The notes under the pieces were generated by a model. The model did not search any database. It was not told where the DNA came from and saw only the letters and a list, made by a program, of their open reading frames with translations. Positions 52,483-62,943 of a stretch of DNA of 64,000 nt are shown here, piece after piece. How positions within the stretch are numbered: position 1 is the first letter of the stretch; each line of letters opens with the position of its first letter. The position numbers and the translations under genes are program-made. The stretch spans positions 15,128,001-15,192,000 of the forward strand of contig NC_042997.1 in NCBI RefSeq assembly GCF_006345805.1. Direction: 5' to 3'. This DNA comes from Octopus sinensis (lineage: Eukaryota).

Positions 52483-53142
52483 TTAAGTATCGTTAACTAG
52501 AAACTGAACTGTTAAATAGCAGAGTAGTTTGTCATGTAGTGTAGTTTGACATGGTTTAAAGATTTACATATCCTCTTTTATTACAATTTCCCCACCACTA
52601 AAATATGTAGAACAAAATACCTCACCAAAATATGCTTGGATACTTTCACTATTTTATTCTACCTGTCTAAGTCAATCTTGCTCAAAATTACTGCACGACA
52701 CTGAGAATTCTTTAAGCTCTAATTTGTATTTTATTTATTTTTAGTTGTCAACAAATTTCTCATAATGAAAGCTAACCTTAAACAAGGTAAGCAGCGGTAA
52801 AGATTTTGATTCAATGTTTTATATAAATACCCAAAATCAGATCAACTGAAGAAAAAAAAACAACAAAAAAACTTACTTTCCAAAAACTAAGAAACAAAAA
52901 ACAAGACTGAGTAAAATTGAAAAAATATTTTGCTCATTTTCCCACACAAACAACAAAAATTATAAATATAGATTTTTAAATTTGAGGTTCTTTGAACCTG
53001 ATAAAATCACTAGGATCGCGAAAGTGAGATGCTAGATGTAAAATAAAATATTTGGTGATACAGCTTGTAGCAGGCCTTGTTTGGTATGCAGCTGACCCAC
53101 AAACTAACAACACACACACCTTGTGTATGCGTGTGTGTGTGA

Positions 53143-53476
53143 AGGCACATGGCTCAGTGGTTAGAGCATCGAGCTTACGATCATGAGGTTGTGAGTTCGA
53201 ATCTCAGACCAGGCTGTGTGTTGTGTTCTTGAGCAAGACACTTTATTTCATGTTGCTCCAGTTCACTCAGCTGTAGAAATGAGTTACGACATCACAGGTG
53301 CCAAGCTGTATCGGCCGTTGCCTTTCCCTTGGATAACACTGGTGGTGTGGAAAGGGGAGGCCGGTATGCATGGGTGACTGTTGGTCTTCCATAAACAACC
53401 TTGCCCGGACTTATGCCTGGGAGAGTAACTTTCTAGGTGTAATCCCATGGTCAGTCATGACCGAAGGGGGTCTCAG
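53143..53476 (+). mobile_element. tRNA-derived SINE family D
   Basis: A box ggctcagtggttagag, B box gagttcgaatc, then cttgagcaagacactttatttcac core. Other copies 2025-2327 (-), 22060-22375 (-), 62184-62515 (+). Confidence 0.85.
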
Positions 53477-55277
53477 CAGCATATATGTATATCCTGATTC
53501 ATTGTCACTCTCCCATTTAAATGTGAGTAGCTATGTAGCGCTTCATTACAACAAGAACCTGCTCTGCTGCACTCCTCACATATCTTAACCCTTATCTCCT
53601 ACCAAAATGCACCTACCCTCAGTTTCCGTAGCCTTATGAGCTATGTGGTGGCCTCACTAGTGCTGATGGCATGCAAATAGCATCCAGCATGCTGTAAAGT
53701 GGTTGGCATAGAAACCGTACCAAAGCAGACATGGGAACATGATGCAGTCCTTGGACCCATTGGGTCGTATCAAACTGTCCAACCCATGCCAGCATGAAGC
53801 ATGGCTGTTAAATGATAATGATGACCATATATATAATCTCAATCTCATACAATGAATTTTCTTTTCCTTGTAAGCTTGCCCGTCTTAATACCACCAACTT
53901 GCTCAGTCCACTATGTAACAGACATTTGGAGCAGGCCTCTACTCTGAGGAAAACCTGATATCTTGAAATACTGCTTTTTAATACAGCAACACATAAATTG
54001 TGGTTCACCTACTCTTGCTCTCCCTCACCAGTCTCAGAGGCCCTGCTCTTTCTTCTCTGGCTAAGCCATAAAAAATAAGACAGCTAATTAATTAGTATAT
54101 ATGCAAATCATTAAATATTTAATAATTCTTTCAACTGTTATACAATTGGTATTTCATTTCCTTGTACACATGGCTCTTTCCTTGTCTGCATCCTTCACAA
54201 AGATAGTTGGACTGAAGCCGAGTGCTCTTTGATGATGAACACATGCCGTAAAGGTTACAAGCAAATACACAAGTTCTGCGGTTAAATTCATAAAAATAGG
54301 ATAAGTTTGTGTGCTACAAACAAAAGTGGGTTCTGATGTTATGAGCAAACTCCTTTCTTAAGAGAGAGAAAGAGAGAGAGAGGGACACATAATTGTTTGC
54401 TCAAAAATAGCAAGGAGTGGAACTTGATACAAAACAGGTTTTGCCCCTACTTCCAGTTGAGTAGTTAGTAGTAGACAGGCAATGTATCTAAAAACAAACA
54501 ACTCCACCCATGCAAGCATAGAAAAAATGAATATAAATAAGTAAATGAAATTTCTATAACCAGTTTCATCCTTCACTGCTTCTACCCTAATCCCCCTCTC
54601 AAACCTTTAGCTTTCCCTTGAGAATATTTTTGGCAGTGACATTGGCTAAATAGCAATTTCAATAAATAGAGAAATGAAAGCAAAAGACAAAATATAAAAA
54701 AAATGTCTTCAAATATTGCATGATTTTCTCACAAGACCCAATAAAAAAATAATATAGGTAATAAATTGTAACATGATACAAAAGCAGTTTAAAAAGCAAA
54801 AAAAAAAAAAAAAAAAACATGATACAAAGGCAGTTAAAAGAAGAAATTTAAATGTCCATCCAGCTGTTAAAATAAAACATGAAAAATATCTGTTTATTTA
54901 AGTTTACTATAATCCAACAAATTTTACATACTGAAAAGATTAAAATTTATAAAGAAAGTGGATATTGTCAGAGTAAAAACAACACCTTCATAGAACGTTC
55001 TAATTCGTTCTCGTTTCATTTTTTAACTGGCTTTCATGAATCTACCCTTATTGACAAATCTCACTCAACATGATACAACCTATCACCCACAATGGTTTCT
55101 GCTTCACTAAACTAACAAGCCTCGTATCATTTTCCAGACCTATTTGTTACACTCATTCCTACCCTTATCTTCTCAATTGTATTCTAGTAATAGTATACAA
55201 CTAGAATGGTACTAAACAACTCTGACAACCCTTCTTCATACTAAACTGCCTCCTTTATTGTCAAAGCAGAAGTTTAA

Positions 55278-55498
55278 CCCTTTAGTGTTCGCATTATTCT
55301 GCCAAAATTAATGCTTTTTTATTCACATTGTTTTGAACTAATCAGGCATTATCTTGTAGCTATGAGATTTTGATGAGGTAGCTGTTAATTTTTAAAACGA
55401 TATTGTAGGGTCGGTGTGAGAGGTCAGATCCGGCCAGTTTGAATATAAAACAGGCGGAATACTTTTGGCCGGATATGGCCGGTTTAAATGCTAAGGGG
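55278..55498. mobile_element. piggyBac-type MITE family 1, complete copy
   Basis: TTAA TSD on both sides, terminal inverted repeats. Confidence 0.86.
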
Positions 55499-55612
55499 TT
55501 AAGTTGAATATGAATGACATCACCCTCATAGGTCTGGGAAGGATTGCATGAGCTACCTATGACTGCCACTTTTCCTTAGACAATCCACCCTCAAATAAAG
55601 CCACATATAAAT

Positions 55613-55998
55613 GGTGGAAGCACTCCGTCGGTTACGACGACGAGGGTTCCGGTTGATCCGAATCAATGGAACAGCCTGCTCGTGAAATTAACGTGTAAGT
55701 GGCTGAGCACTCCGCAGACACGTGCACCCTTAACGTAGTTCTCGGGGATACTCAGCGTGACACAGAGAGTGACAAAGCCGGCCCTTTGAAATACAGGTAC
55801 AACAGAAACAGGAAGTAAGAGTGAGAGAAATTTGTGGTGAAAGAGTACAGCAGGGATCACCACCATCCCCTGCCGGAGCCTCGTGGAGCTTTAGGTGTTT
55901 TTGCTCAATAAACACTCACAACGCCCAGTCTGGGAATTGAAACCGCGATCCTACGACCGCGAGTCCGCTGCCCTAACCACTGGGCCATTGCACCTCCA
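55613..55998 (-). mobile_element. tRNA-derived SINE family F
   Basis: A box ggcccagtggttagg, B-box-like ggtttcaattcc; 12-bp TSD CCACATATAAAT at 55601-55612 and 55999-56010. Confidence 0.88.
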
Positions 55999-56111
55999 CC
56001 ACATATAAATACGTGCGCGCAAACACACGCACACGCGCACACACATGCATGCAGAAATATGTCAGTGCATGCTTGCTGAATACATACCAAAATGTTGAAA
56101 GTAGTACTTAC

Positions 56112-56212
56112 AGTATGGAGGTCTCTCCGAATAATTATAAGAGTGATGAATCCCACGGAGATGAACATGGGCACCATACTAAACCATGCTAAAATATAAC
56201 CAATTAAATCTC
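56112..56212 (-). CDS. DOLPP1: DOLPP1 exon 2 (GDLIGYILAWFSMVPMFISVGFITLIIIRRDLHT)
   Basis: ttttttttcag acceptor, gtaagt donor, 101 nt; matches human [34 protein letters not shown]. Confidence 0.97.
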
Positions 56213-56527
56213 CTGAAAAAAAATAAAACAAAAAAAATTACATTAGAGACATTAAGTATCAACACCTTAATTGAATTTATTTATCTTAATTGGAATTATA
56301 TAGTAGTTCAACAACATAGGGACCAATAGAAAAAGTGCCGCTATTAGGATTGATTTGATTGTCTAAAATACCCTTCAAGGTAATACCCTAGCATCAAGCT
56401 GCAGCTCAATGATTGGAATAACAATACATACATGGCGATTTATTTACTTTATATTAAAATTTTTTCATGTATTGATTAAGTCTTTCCTTGTTTGATTTGC
56501 AAAATAGTGGTTTTGTCTCTAATTAAC

Positions 56528-56560
<33 letters not shown>

Positions 56561-56563
<3 letters not shown>

Positions 56564-56757
56564 ACCTCGTCTGTATCACTAGCGATTTTTTTCCCCTGTC
56601 TTCCCTTCTCGGGATCTTTCTTTCTCCTATGTTTCCGACGAAGAGCTCCGCTCGAAACGTCAAACCCTCCTTCTTCCCTTAGCGTCCAATAATACTTTAT
56701 TTGTTCCATGTCCTTGCGTTGTTGTTTTATTGTTTTTGTTTTCTTGTTTGGATTAAC
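56561..56757 (+). mobile_element. Penelope-like pseudo-LTR fragment with a minimal hammerhead-like motif (56631-56665)
   Basis: gttt-CCGACGA-a-GAGC-tcc-GCTC-GAAA-CGTC-aaac; (TA)n flanks. Confidence 0.6.
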
Positions 56758-56783
56758 TTTATATATTTATATATATATATATA

Positions 56784-57400
56784 GTGCCACTCCCAAACAG
56801 TTGAAGGAATCCAGGGTAGAGGTAGACCCAGGAAGACATGGGATGAGATGGTCAAGCATGACCTTCGAACGTTGGGCCTCACAGAGGCAATAACAAAAGA
56901 CCAAGACCTCTGGAGATATGCTGTGACTGCAAAGGCCCAACAAATGAAGTGAGTTCATGGCTCGCAGGACGGCTGGCTGTACTTACCTTGGATCGTAGGG
57001 TGACCTGCTGTGCTTGAGGAGACCTACTGAGTCAAGTACATCAACATCAAAATAGAAATCAAATGGAAATTGTAGTTGTGATACCCATGCCGGTGGCACG
57101 TAAAAAGCACCATCTGAATGTGACCGATGCCGGCGCCACCTTGACTGGCGTCCGTGCTGGTAGCACATAAAAAGCACCAGCCAATCGTGGCTGTTGCCAG
57201 CCTCCTGTACCAGTGGCACTTAAAAAGCACCCACTACACTCACGGAGTGGTTGGCGTTATGAAGGGTATCCAGCTGTAGAAATACTGCCAGATCAGACTG
57301 GAGCCTGGTGCAGCCTCCTGGCTTCCCAGACCCCGGTCGAACCATCCAACCCATGCTAGCATGGAAAACGGACGTTAAACGATGATGATGATGATGATGA
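56784..57400 (+). mobile_element. 5'-truncated RTE LINE (copy 3): end of ORF2, 3' UTR repeats and tail
   Basis: Start matches copy 1 CHSQTVEG; ends (GAT)n; (TA)n on both sides. Confidence 0.88.
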
Positions 57401-57599
57401 TATATATATATATATATATATGTATATATTCTTTTATTCAATTACATCAAATCATCACCAAATTACATAATTTTGTGATGGTTATACATTTGAGAGCAGA
57501 AACTGATTCAAGTGAAAAGATGCCAGAGTCATGGTTGAAAGACTGAATGACGATCCACATCATGCTCCCAGTACTCTGATGTGTTCCAGGTAAAGAGAT

Positions 57600-58140
57600 G
57601 ACATTCTTAAAGGTTCAGTTCCCCAGTTATTTCAGTTCCATCGAGACCTCTATTTGCAACAAAGGGGTTTTATAGGCCAATGGGGGAGCTTCTACATGGT
57701 TACCCAATCTGGAAGAAACAGCAGCCAATTCTTCTTCAAACCACACACTACTGTTTAAATATGAACAGACACATTGGGCAATGCAGTCCCTGTTTATGCA
57801 AAAACATGGGATGATTCACAGCTGGTATGTCTTTAACCAAAGATTTGCTCAATCGGGGTTCACATGAGACTAAACAGCAAAATGTTTCTCTCTCCATGTG
57901 AAAAGGCAAACTGTTTGAAGCATGTGTAATGAGTGCAATACTGCATGATAGCAAAATAGTGATGCTAAGTGCAAAAGATCTTCAGTTTGGAGAGCAAGGA
58001 ATTGAATATGACACACTGGATACATAATGTCAATTTGCATGAAAGGCAGAACACAAATGTATTGAAACAACAACTTAGCATTAAAGGTATTATGTTGAAG
58101 AATAGAAGTGGCATTGATATAGATGTGTGATGCTACATCT
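57600..58140 (+). mobile_element. Old degenerate RTE copy of the copy-1 family
   Basis: LFEACVMSAILH...NMTHWIHNVNLHERQ aligns to LYDACVRTAMLH...SMIRWMCSVSVHARQ. Similar relics at ~30170-30470 and ~39595-39665 (PRELLYADDL). Confidence 0.65.
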
Positions 58141-58775
58141 CAAGATATTAAGCCATACTCATTGAATGACACAACAAAACCAAGAGTAGTAGTGATAGAC
58201 TGTACTGCAGACTCTCATACAACTTGTACCAGCATTGAAAAGCACATTTTAAAATAATAATAATAATAATAAAGATGATGATAATGAAGTGTAGTGTGGT
58301 ATAAAGAAGAAATAGATATTAACATACAAAAGACAGAGTATGGTCAGAGCAGATCTAGCAGATACAATAGTTTGGTCTAATTAATGTAGCTAATGTTTAC
58401 TTTGAATTGTAATCTGTCTGTGACTGCAAGGAAAACAAGTAGCAAAGAATGTTGTTACGAAGGAGAAGGATTGGAGAATCAACAACAACAGCATTGTCAA
58501 CATCATTTTGAAGTTTATTTTTCCATGTTGGGAATGAACAAATAAATAGCCATCGTTTACTTCCAGATAAACTCTAATTCAACAAATCTATGATCAAAAG
58601 CATTCTAGTCCTAATTATCCCATCATATTTTCAGGCATAGTGTATCAAAGAATACACTAACCAACATCACCACCACCATCACCACCACCACCACCACCAC
58701 CACTACCATCATCATCATTTTGATGTCCACTTTTCCATGCTTGCATGGGTTGGATGAAGGTTATTGAGGTAGAGT

Positions 58776-59154
58776 GGAGGCGCAATGACCCAGTGGTTAG
58801 GGCAGCGGGCTCGCGGTTGTAGGATCGCGGTTTCGATTACCAGACCGGGCGTTGTGAGTGTTTATTGAGTGAAAACACCTAAAAGCTCCACGAGGCTCCG
58901 GCAGGGATGGTGGTGATCCCTACTGTACTCTTTCACCACAACTTTCTCTCACTCTTACTTCCTGTTTCTGTTGTACCTGTATTTCAAAGGGCCGGCCTTG
59001 TCACTCTCTGTGTCACGCTGAATATCCCCGAGAACTACGTTAAGGGTACATGTGTCTGTGGAGTGCTCTTACACGGTAATTTCACGAGCAGGCTGTTCCG
59101 TTGGTCGGATCAACCGGAACCCTCGTCGTCGTAACCGACGGAGTGCTTCCATCC
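58776..59154 (+). mobile_element. tRNA-derived SINE family F
   Basis: Near-identical to 55613-55998, inverted; 11-bp TSD ATTGAGGTAGA at 58763-58773 and 59155-59165. Confidence 0.88.
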
Positions 59155-59424
59155 ATTGAGGTAGATTTTTTTTTACAACCAGATGCCCTTCCTCTTGCCA
59201 ACTCTAACCTGTTCTGAAGCTAGGTAATATTTTCCCATAGCTAGACATGTTTCTGCAGAATGTTGAAAATGAACGATATTCATTTACAACAATCATGCAA
59301 AGTCAAGACTAAATGCTACAAGCACACTCTCTCTCTTTCTCACACACACACACACACATACACACTGTGCCGACATGGAATATGGACATCAGATGATGAT
59401 GCTGATGATTATACCATGAACTTC

Positions 59425-59853
59425 TTTCAGTCTCTTATTTCTTTATTGCCCACAAGGAGCTACACACAGAGGGAACAAACAAGGACAGACAAACAGATTA
59501 AGTTGATTATATCGACTCCAGTGCGTAACTGGTACTTATTTAATTGACCCTGGAAGGATGAAAGGCGAAGTCGACCTTGGCGGAATTTGAACTCAGAACG
59601 TAGCGGCAGATGAAATACCTATTTCTTTACTACCCACAAGGGGCTAAACACAGAGAGGACAAACAAGGACAGACAAACAGATTAAGTTGATTATATCGAC
59701 TCCAGTGCGTAACTGGTACTTATTTAATTGACCCTGGAAGGATGAAAGGCAAAGTCGACCTCAGCAGAATTTGAACTCAGAACGTAATGGCAGATGAAAT
59801 ACGGCTACGCATTTCGCCCGGCGTGCTAACGTTTCTGCCAGCTCGCCGCCTTA
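59425..59853 (-). mobile_element. SINE family B, dimeric body
   Basis: Two ~185-bp body units behind one head. Confidence 0.85.
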
Positions 59854-60587
59854 AAGAAACTGAACTTCTTTCAGTTTCTGCCTACCAAATCCACTCACAA
59901 GGCTTTTGTCAGTCTGGAGGGGAAGTGAATCTGAAACCATGTGGTTGGGAAGCAAACTTCTTAACCATACAGTCACACTTGCACTTACCAATATGTCTTC
60001 AATTTTTTTTAACTTATAGAAAATACGATCTTAGAGAGACTTAGCTATTATTTCTAGTAGACTCAGAGGCCACATAGAGGCTACCTCCCTGGTTCATATG
60101 ACAAATAAGATTAGCCGGTGGCAGTGATGTTGGATGGAGGATTGCTGATGATGGAAGTGCCAATGGCTAATGACAATAATGATGATGATGGTTCTTAAAT
60201 ACAATTTTGCAAATAGATTTTTTAAGTTTATAAACGATGTATTTAAAACAAATGGCTATCAATCAATCAACAATAAGAGGATTCTTTTTTAGACAATTTC
60301 AATTGCATGTGGAAACAATAAACAAAAAAAATAATCTTTCACATGCAACTGTCAACACAGAATATTTCAGTCTTTTCTGATTATTCAATTTTTAGACCAT
60401 TATTCAGATAATACAGTTAATAACCATCACCTATGTCTGTATAATTATACCTATAAACAGCAGCTACATTATACACGTGTGTGTGTATATATGTCAATTT
60501 AAGAGACAAAAAGAGACATTTCATAACTTGAAGTGCAGTTTCGTTCGTTCATTTGCTCAATCATGCCAATGGATTTGAAAAATGAGA

Positions 60588-60700
60588 GAGAGAGAGAGAG
60601 TGTGTGTGTGTGTGTATGCATGTGTGGAGAGAGAGAGAGAGATTGTGTGTGTGTGTGTGTGGAGAGATAGAGAGAGAGGAGAGAGAGAGAAAGTGTGTGT
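60588..60700. repeat. Compound (GA)n/(GT)n microsatellite
   Basis: Direct reading. Other microsatellites: (TAC)n ~23125-23175, (GT)n ~28065-28110, (CAC/CAT)n ~58660-58715, (TA)n(GA)n 47283-47353, (TA)n ~9929-9970. Confidence 0.95.
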
Positions 60701-61099
60701 AGAGCCGAGCTGGCAGAATCATTAGCACATTGGACAAAATGCTTAGCGGTATTTCGTCTGCCGCTACGTTCTGAGTTCAAATTCTGCCGAGGTCAACTTT
60801 GCCTTTCATCCTTTCGGGGTCGATAAATTAGGTACCAGTTACGCACTGGGGGTCGATGTAATTGAGTTAATCCCTTTGTCTGTCCTTGTTTGTCCCCTCT
60901 ATGTTTAGCCCCTTGTAGGCAATAAAGAAATAAGAAAGTCTGTGTAGAGAGAGAGAGTGTGTGAGTGTATGTGGAGAGTGAGAGAATGAGCAAGAAAGGG
61001 AGAGTGATAACAAAGAACATGCGTACAAGCCTATATGTATGAGAATATGTGTACACTGACGATTACGTATTGGTCAGTATGTGTACCTTTGTACAGGGT

Positions 61100-61690
61100 T
61101 GTATGAGCATGACCTTCCCAGTAGAACTTACTTTCCCAGGTGCACAGTTCAAGCCCATCAACTTATTCTGTTTGATGCATACTTCTGTAACCTCTTAACA
61201 TGCCTTTAATGTGGTGTCTATTACTTCAATTTTCAAAGTGTCAGTTACCACGATGGTAGTGATATCCATACATACAAATATGATTACTGTGTCAAAGAAC
61301 ATGGAGTGCAGGTTGCCCCTTAAAAACAGCAAACCTCAAGCATCAACACATACAGGAAAGAGAAGTGGACACAAACTGAGCATGGAATGCAAAATGGCTC
61401 CACAAGGCAGCTGTTTAGTTGGACCACATTGCTGTACATTATAAAGATCCAATCTCTGAAGATGAGACTGATATTGGCAGCACCTAAGACAACCACCATG
61501 TAGTGATGCTTAACTGTATCAAAAGCTTTAGTTTAATCACAGTTTATCAGTGCTCCATTGAAGCCAGATCTTTTTCCAACCCACTCTATGCTGTACTGCA
61601 TGAGGAAGTTGGCATGGATAGAGCAGTTGGGGATCACACAAGGTTGCATCTGACTATATTACTGATAACAAACACCAATCTTTTGTCAAG
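61100..61690 (-). mobile_element. Tx1/L1-like reverse transcriptase relic
   Basis: Minus strand QPCVIPNCSIHANF...ALINCD*TKAFDTVKHHY...FRDWIFIMYS...PFCIP, then DITTIVV, matching L1/Tx1 RT motifs. Confidence 0.65.
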
Positions 61691-61698
61691 TGTTTTAA

Positions 61699-61919
61699 CC
61701 CTTTAGTGTTTGCATTATTCTGCCAAAATTAATCCCTTTTTATCCACATTGTTTTGAACTAATCATGCATTATCTTGTAGCTATGAGATTTTGATGAGGT
61801 AGCTGTTAATTTTTAAAATGATATTGTAGGGTTGGTGTGAGAGGTCAGATCTGGTCAGTTTGAACATAAAACAGGCAGAATACTTTTGGCCGGATATGGC
61901 CAGTTTAAATGCTAAAGGG
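61699..61919. mobile_element. piggyBac-type MITE family 1, complete copy
   Basis: TTAA TSD on both sides, terminal inverted repeats. Confidence 0.86.
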
Positions 61920-62527
61920 TTAAAGGAGCTTGCTGAACAGAACTATGTAACTGAAGTTGTCTATCATTTCCCTTTGTTCAGGTCTTTCCTTAGCAGTCAC
62001 CACTTCTCAGCTCATAATACAGGTAATGCTCCCAGTCTGCTGCCAAGAAGGTAATAAAAAATTTTGTAGGATATTCCATCCAGTCTTGATTTGCTCTTCA
62101 TACAATAGCTCAACTTGTCTGTCATGTTGCCTGTTGAAACAGACTTTTTACAGCATTCTGCATTATCAGTCAACTACACCAGTGAAGGCACATGGCTCAG
62201 TGGTTAGAGCATTGGTCTCACAATCATGAGGTCGTGGGTTTGATTCCCAGACTGGGCTGTGTTGTGTTCTTGAGCAAGACACTTTATTTCACATTGATCC
62301 AGTTCACTCAGATGTAGAAATGAGTTGCAGTGTCACAGGTGTGAAACTGCATCAGCCTTTGCCTTTCCTTCAGATAACACCGGTGGCATGGAGAGGAGAG
62401 GCTGGTATACATGGGTAACTGTTAGTCTTCCATAAACAACCTTGCGTGGACTTGTGTCTAGGAGGAGAATTTTCTAGGTGCAATCCCATGGTCAGTCATG
62501 ACCGAAGGGGGTCTTCACACCAGTATT

Positions 62528-62943
62528 CTACCAATTCTACTATATGGCTCAGAAACCTGGACGTTATCAAAGAAGCTTGAGAGGCGGTTGGATGGAACCT
62601 ACACTCGCCTCCTTATGAGAGCTCAAAATCTCTCGTGGAAGCGCCATCCAACCAAAATGCAAATATATGGGAAATTACCACCTGTGTCATCTCTTGTGAA
62701 AGGTAAGAGAGTCCAGTTTGCTGGACATTGTTGTAGAGCTGAAAAAGAAGTAATTCTTACTCTTCTCCTCTGGAAGCCATCTACTCGCAATACCAGAGGG
62801 CGCACACTCTCCTACCCTGATGTAATCTCCAGGGATACAGGCATCCAGCAACAGGACCTCTGTAATGCTATGATGGACCGTGAAGTCTGGCGTAACATAG
62901 TAAATTCCATTGTCTCGACCACGGTCGAACAATGATGATGATG
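62528..62943 (+). mobile_element. 5'-truncated RTE LINE of a different family
   Basis: LPILLYGSETWTL...QFAGHC...DREVWR ORF end, (GAT)n tail, 11-bp TSD ACACCAGTATT at 62517-62527 and 62944-62954. Confidence 0.9.

Noticed and set aside
53143-53220. tRNA genes (A/B boxes here and at 55920-55998, 58776-58850, 23890-23968)
   Set aside because: They are SINE heads that continue into repeated bodies, some with TSDs; no complete cloverleaf
62040-62140. Candidate DOLPP1 exon 1 (minus-strand DWMEYPT)
   Set aside because: No phase 1 GT donor after EYP and no W..V.LTHV similarity upstream
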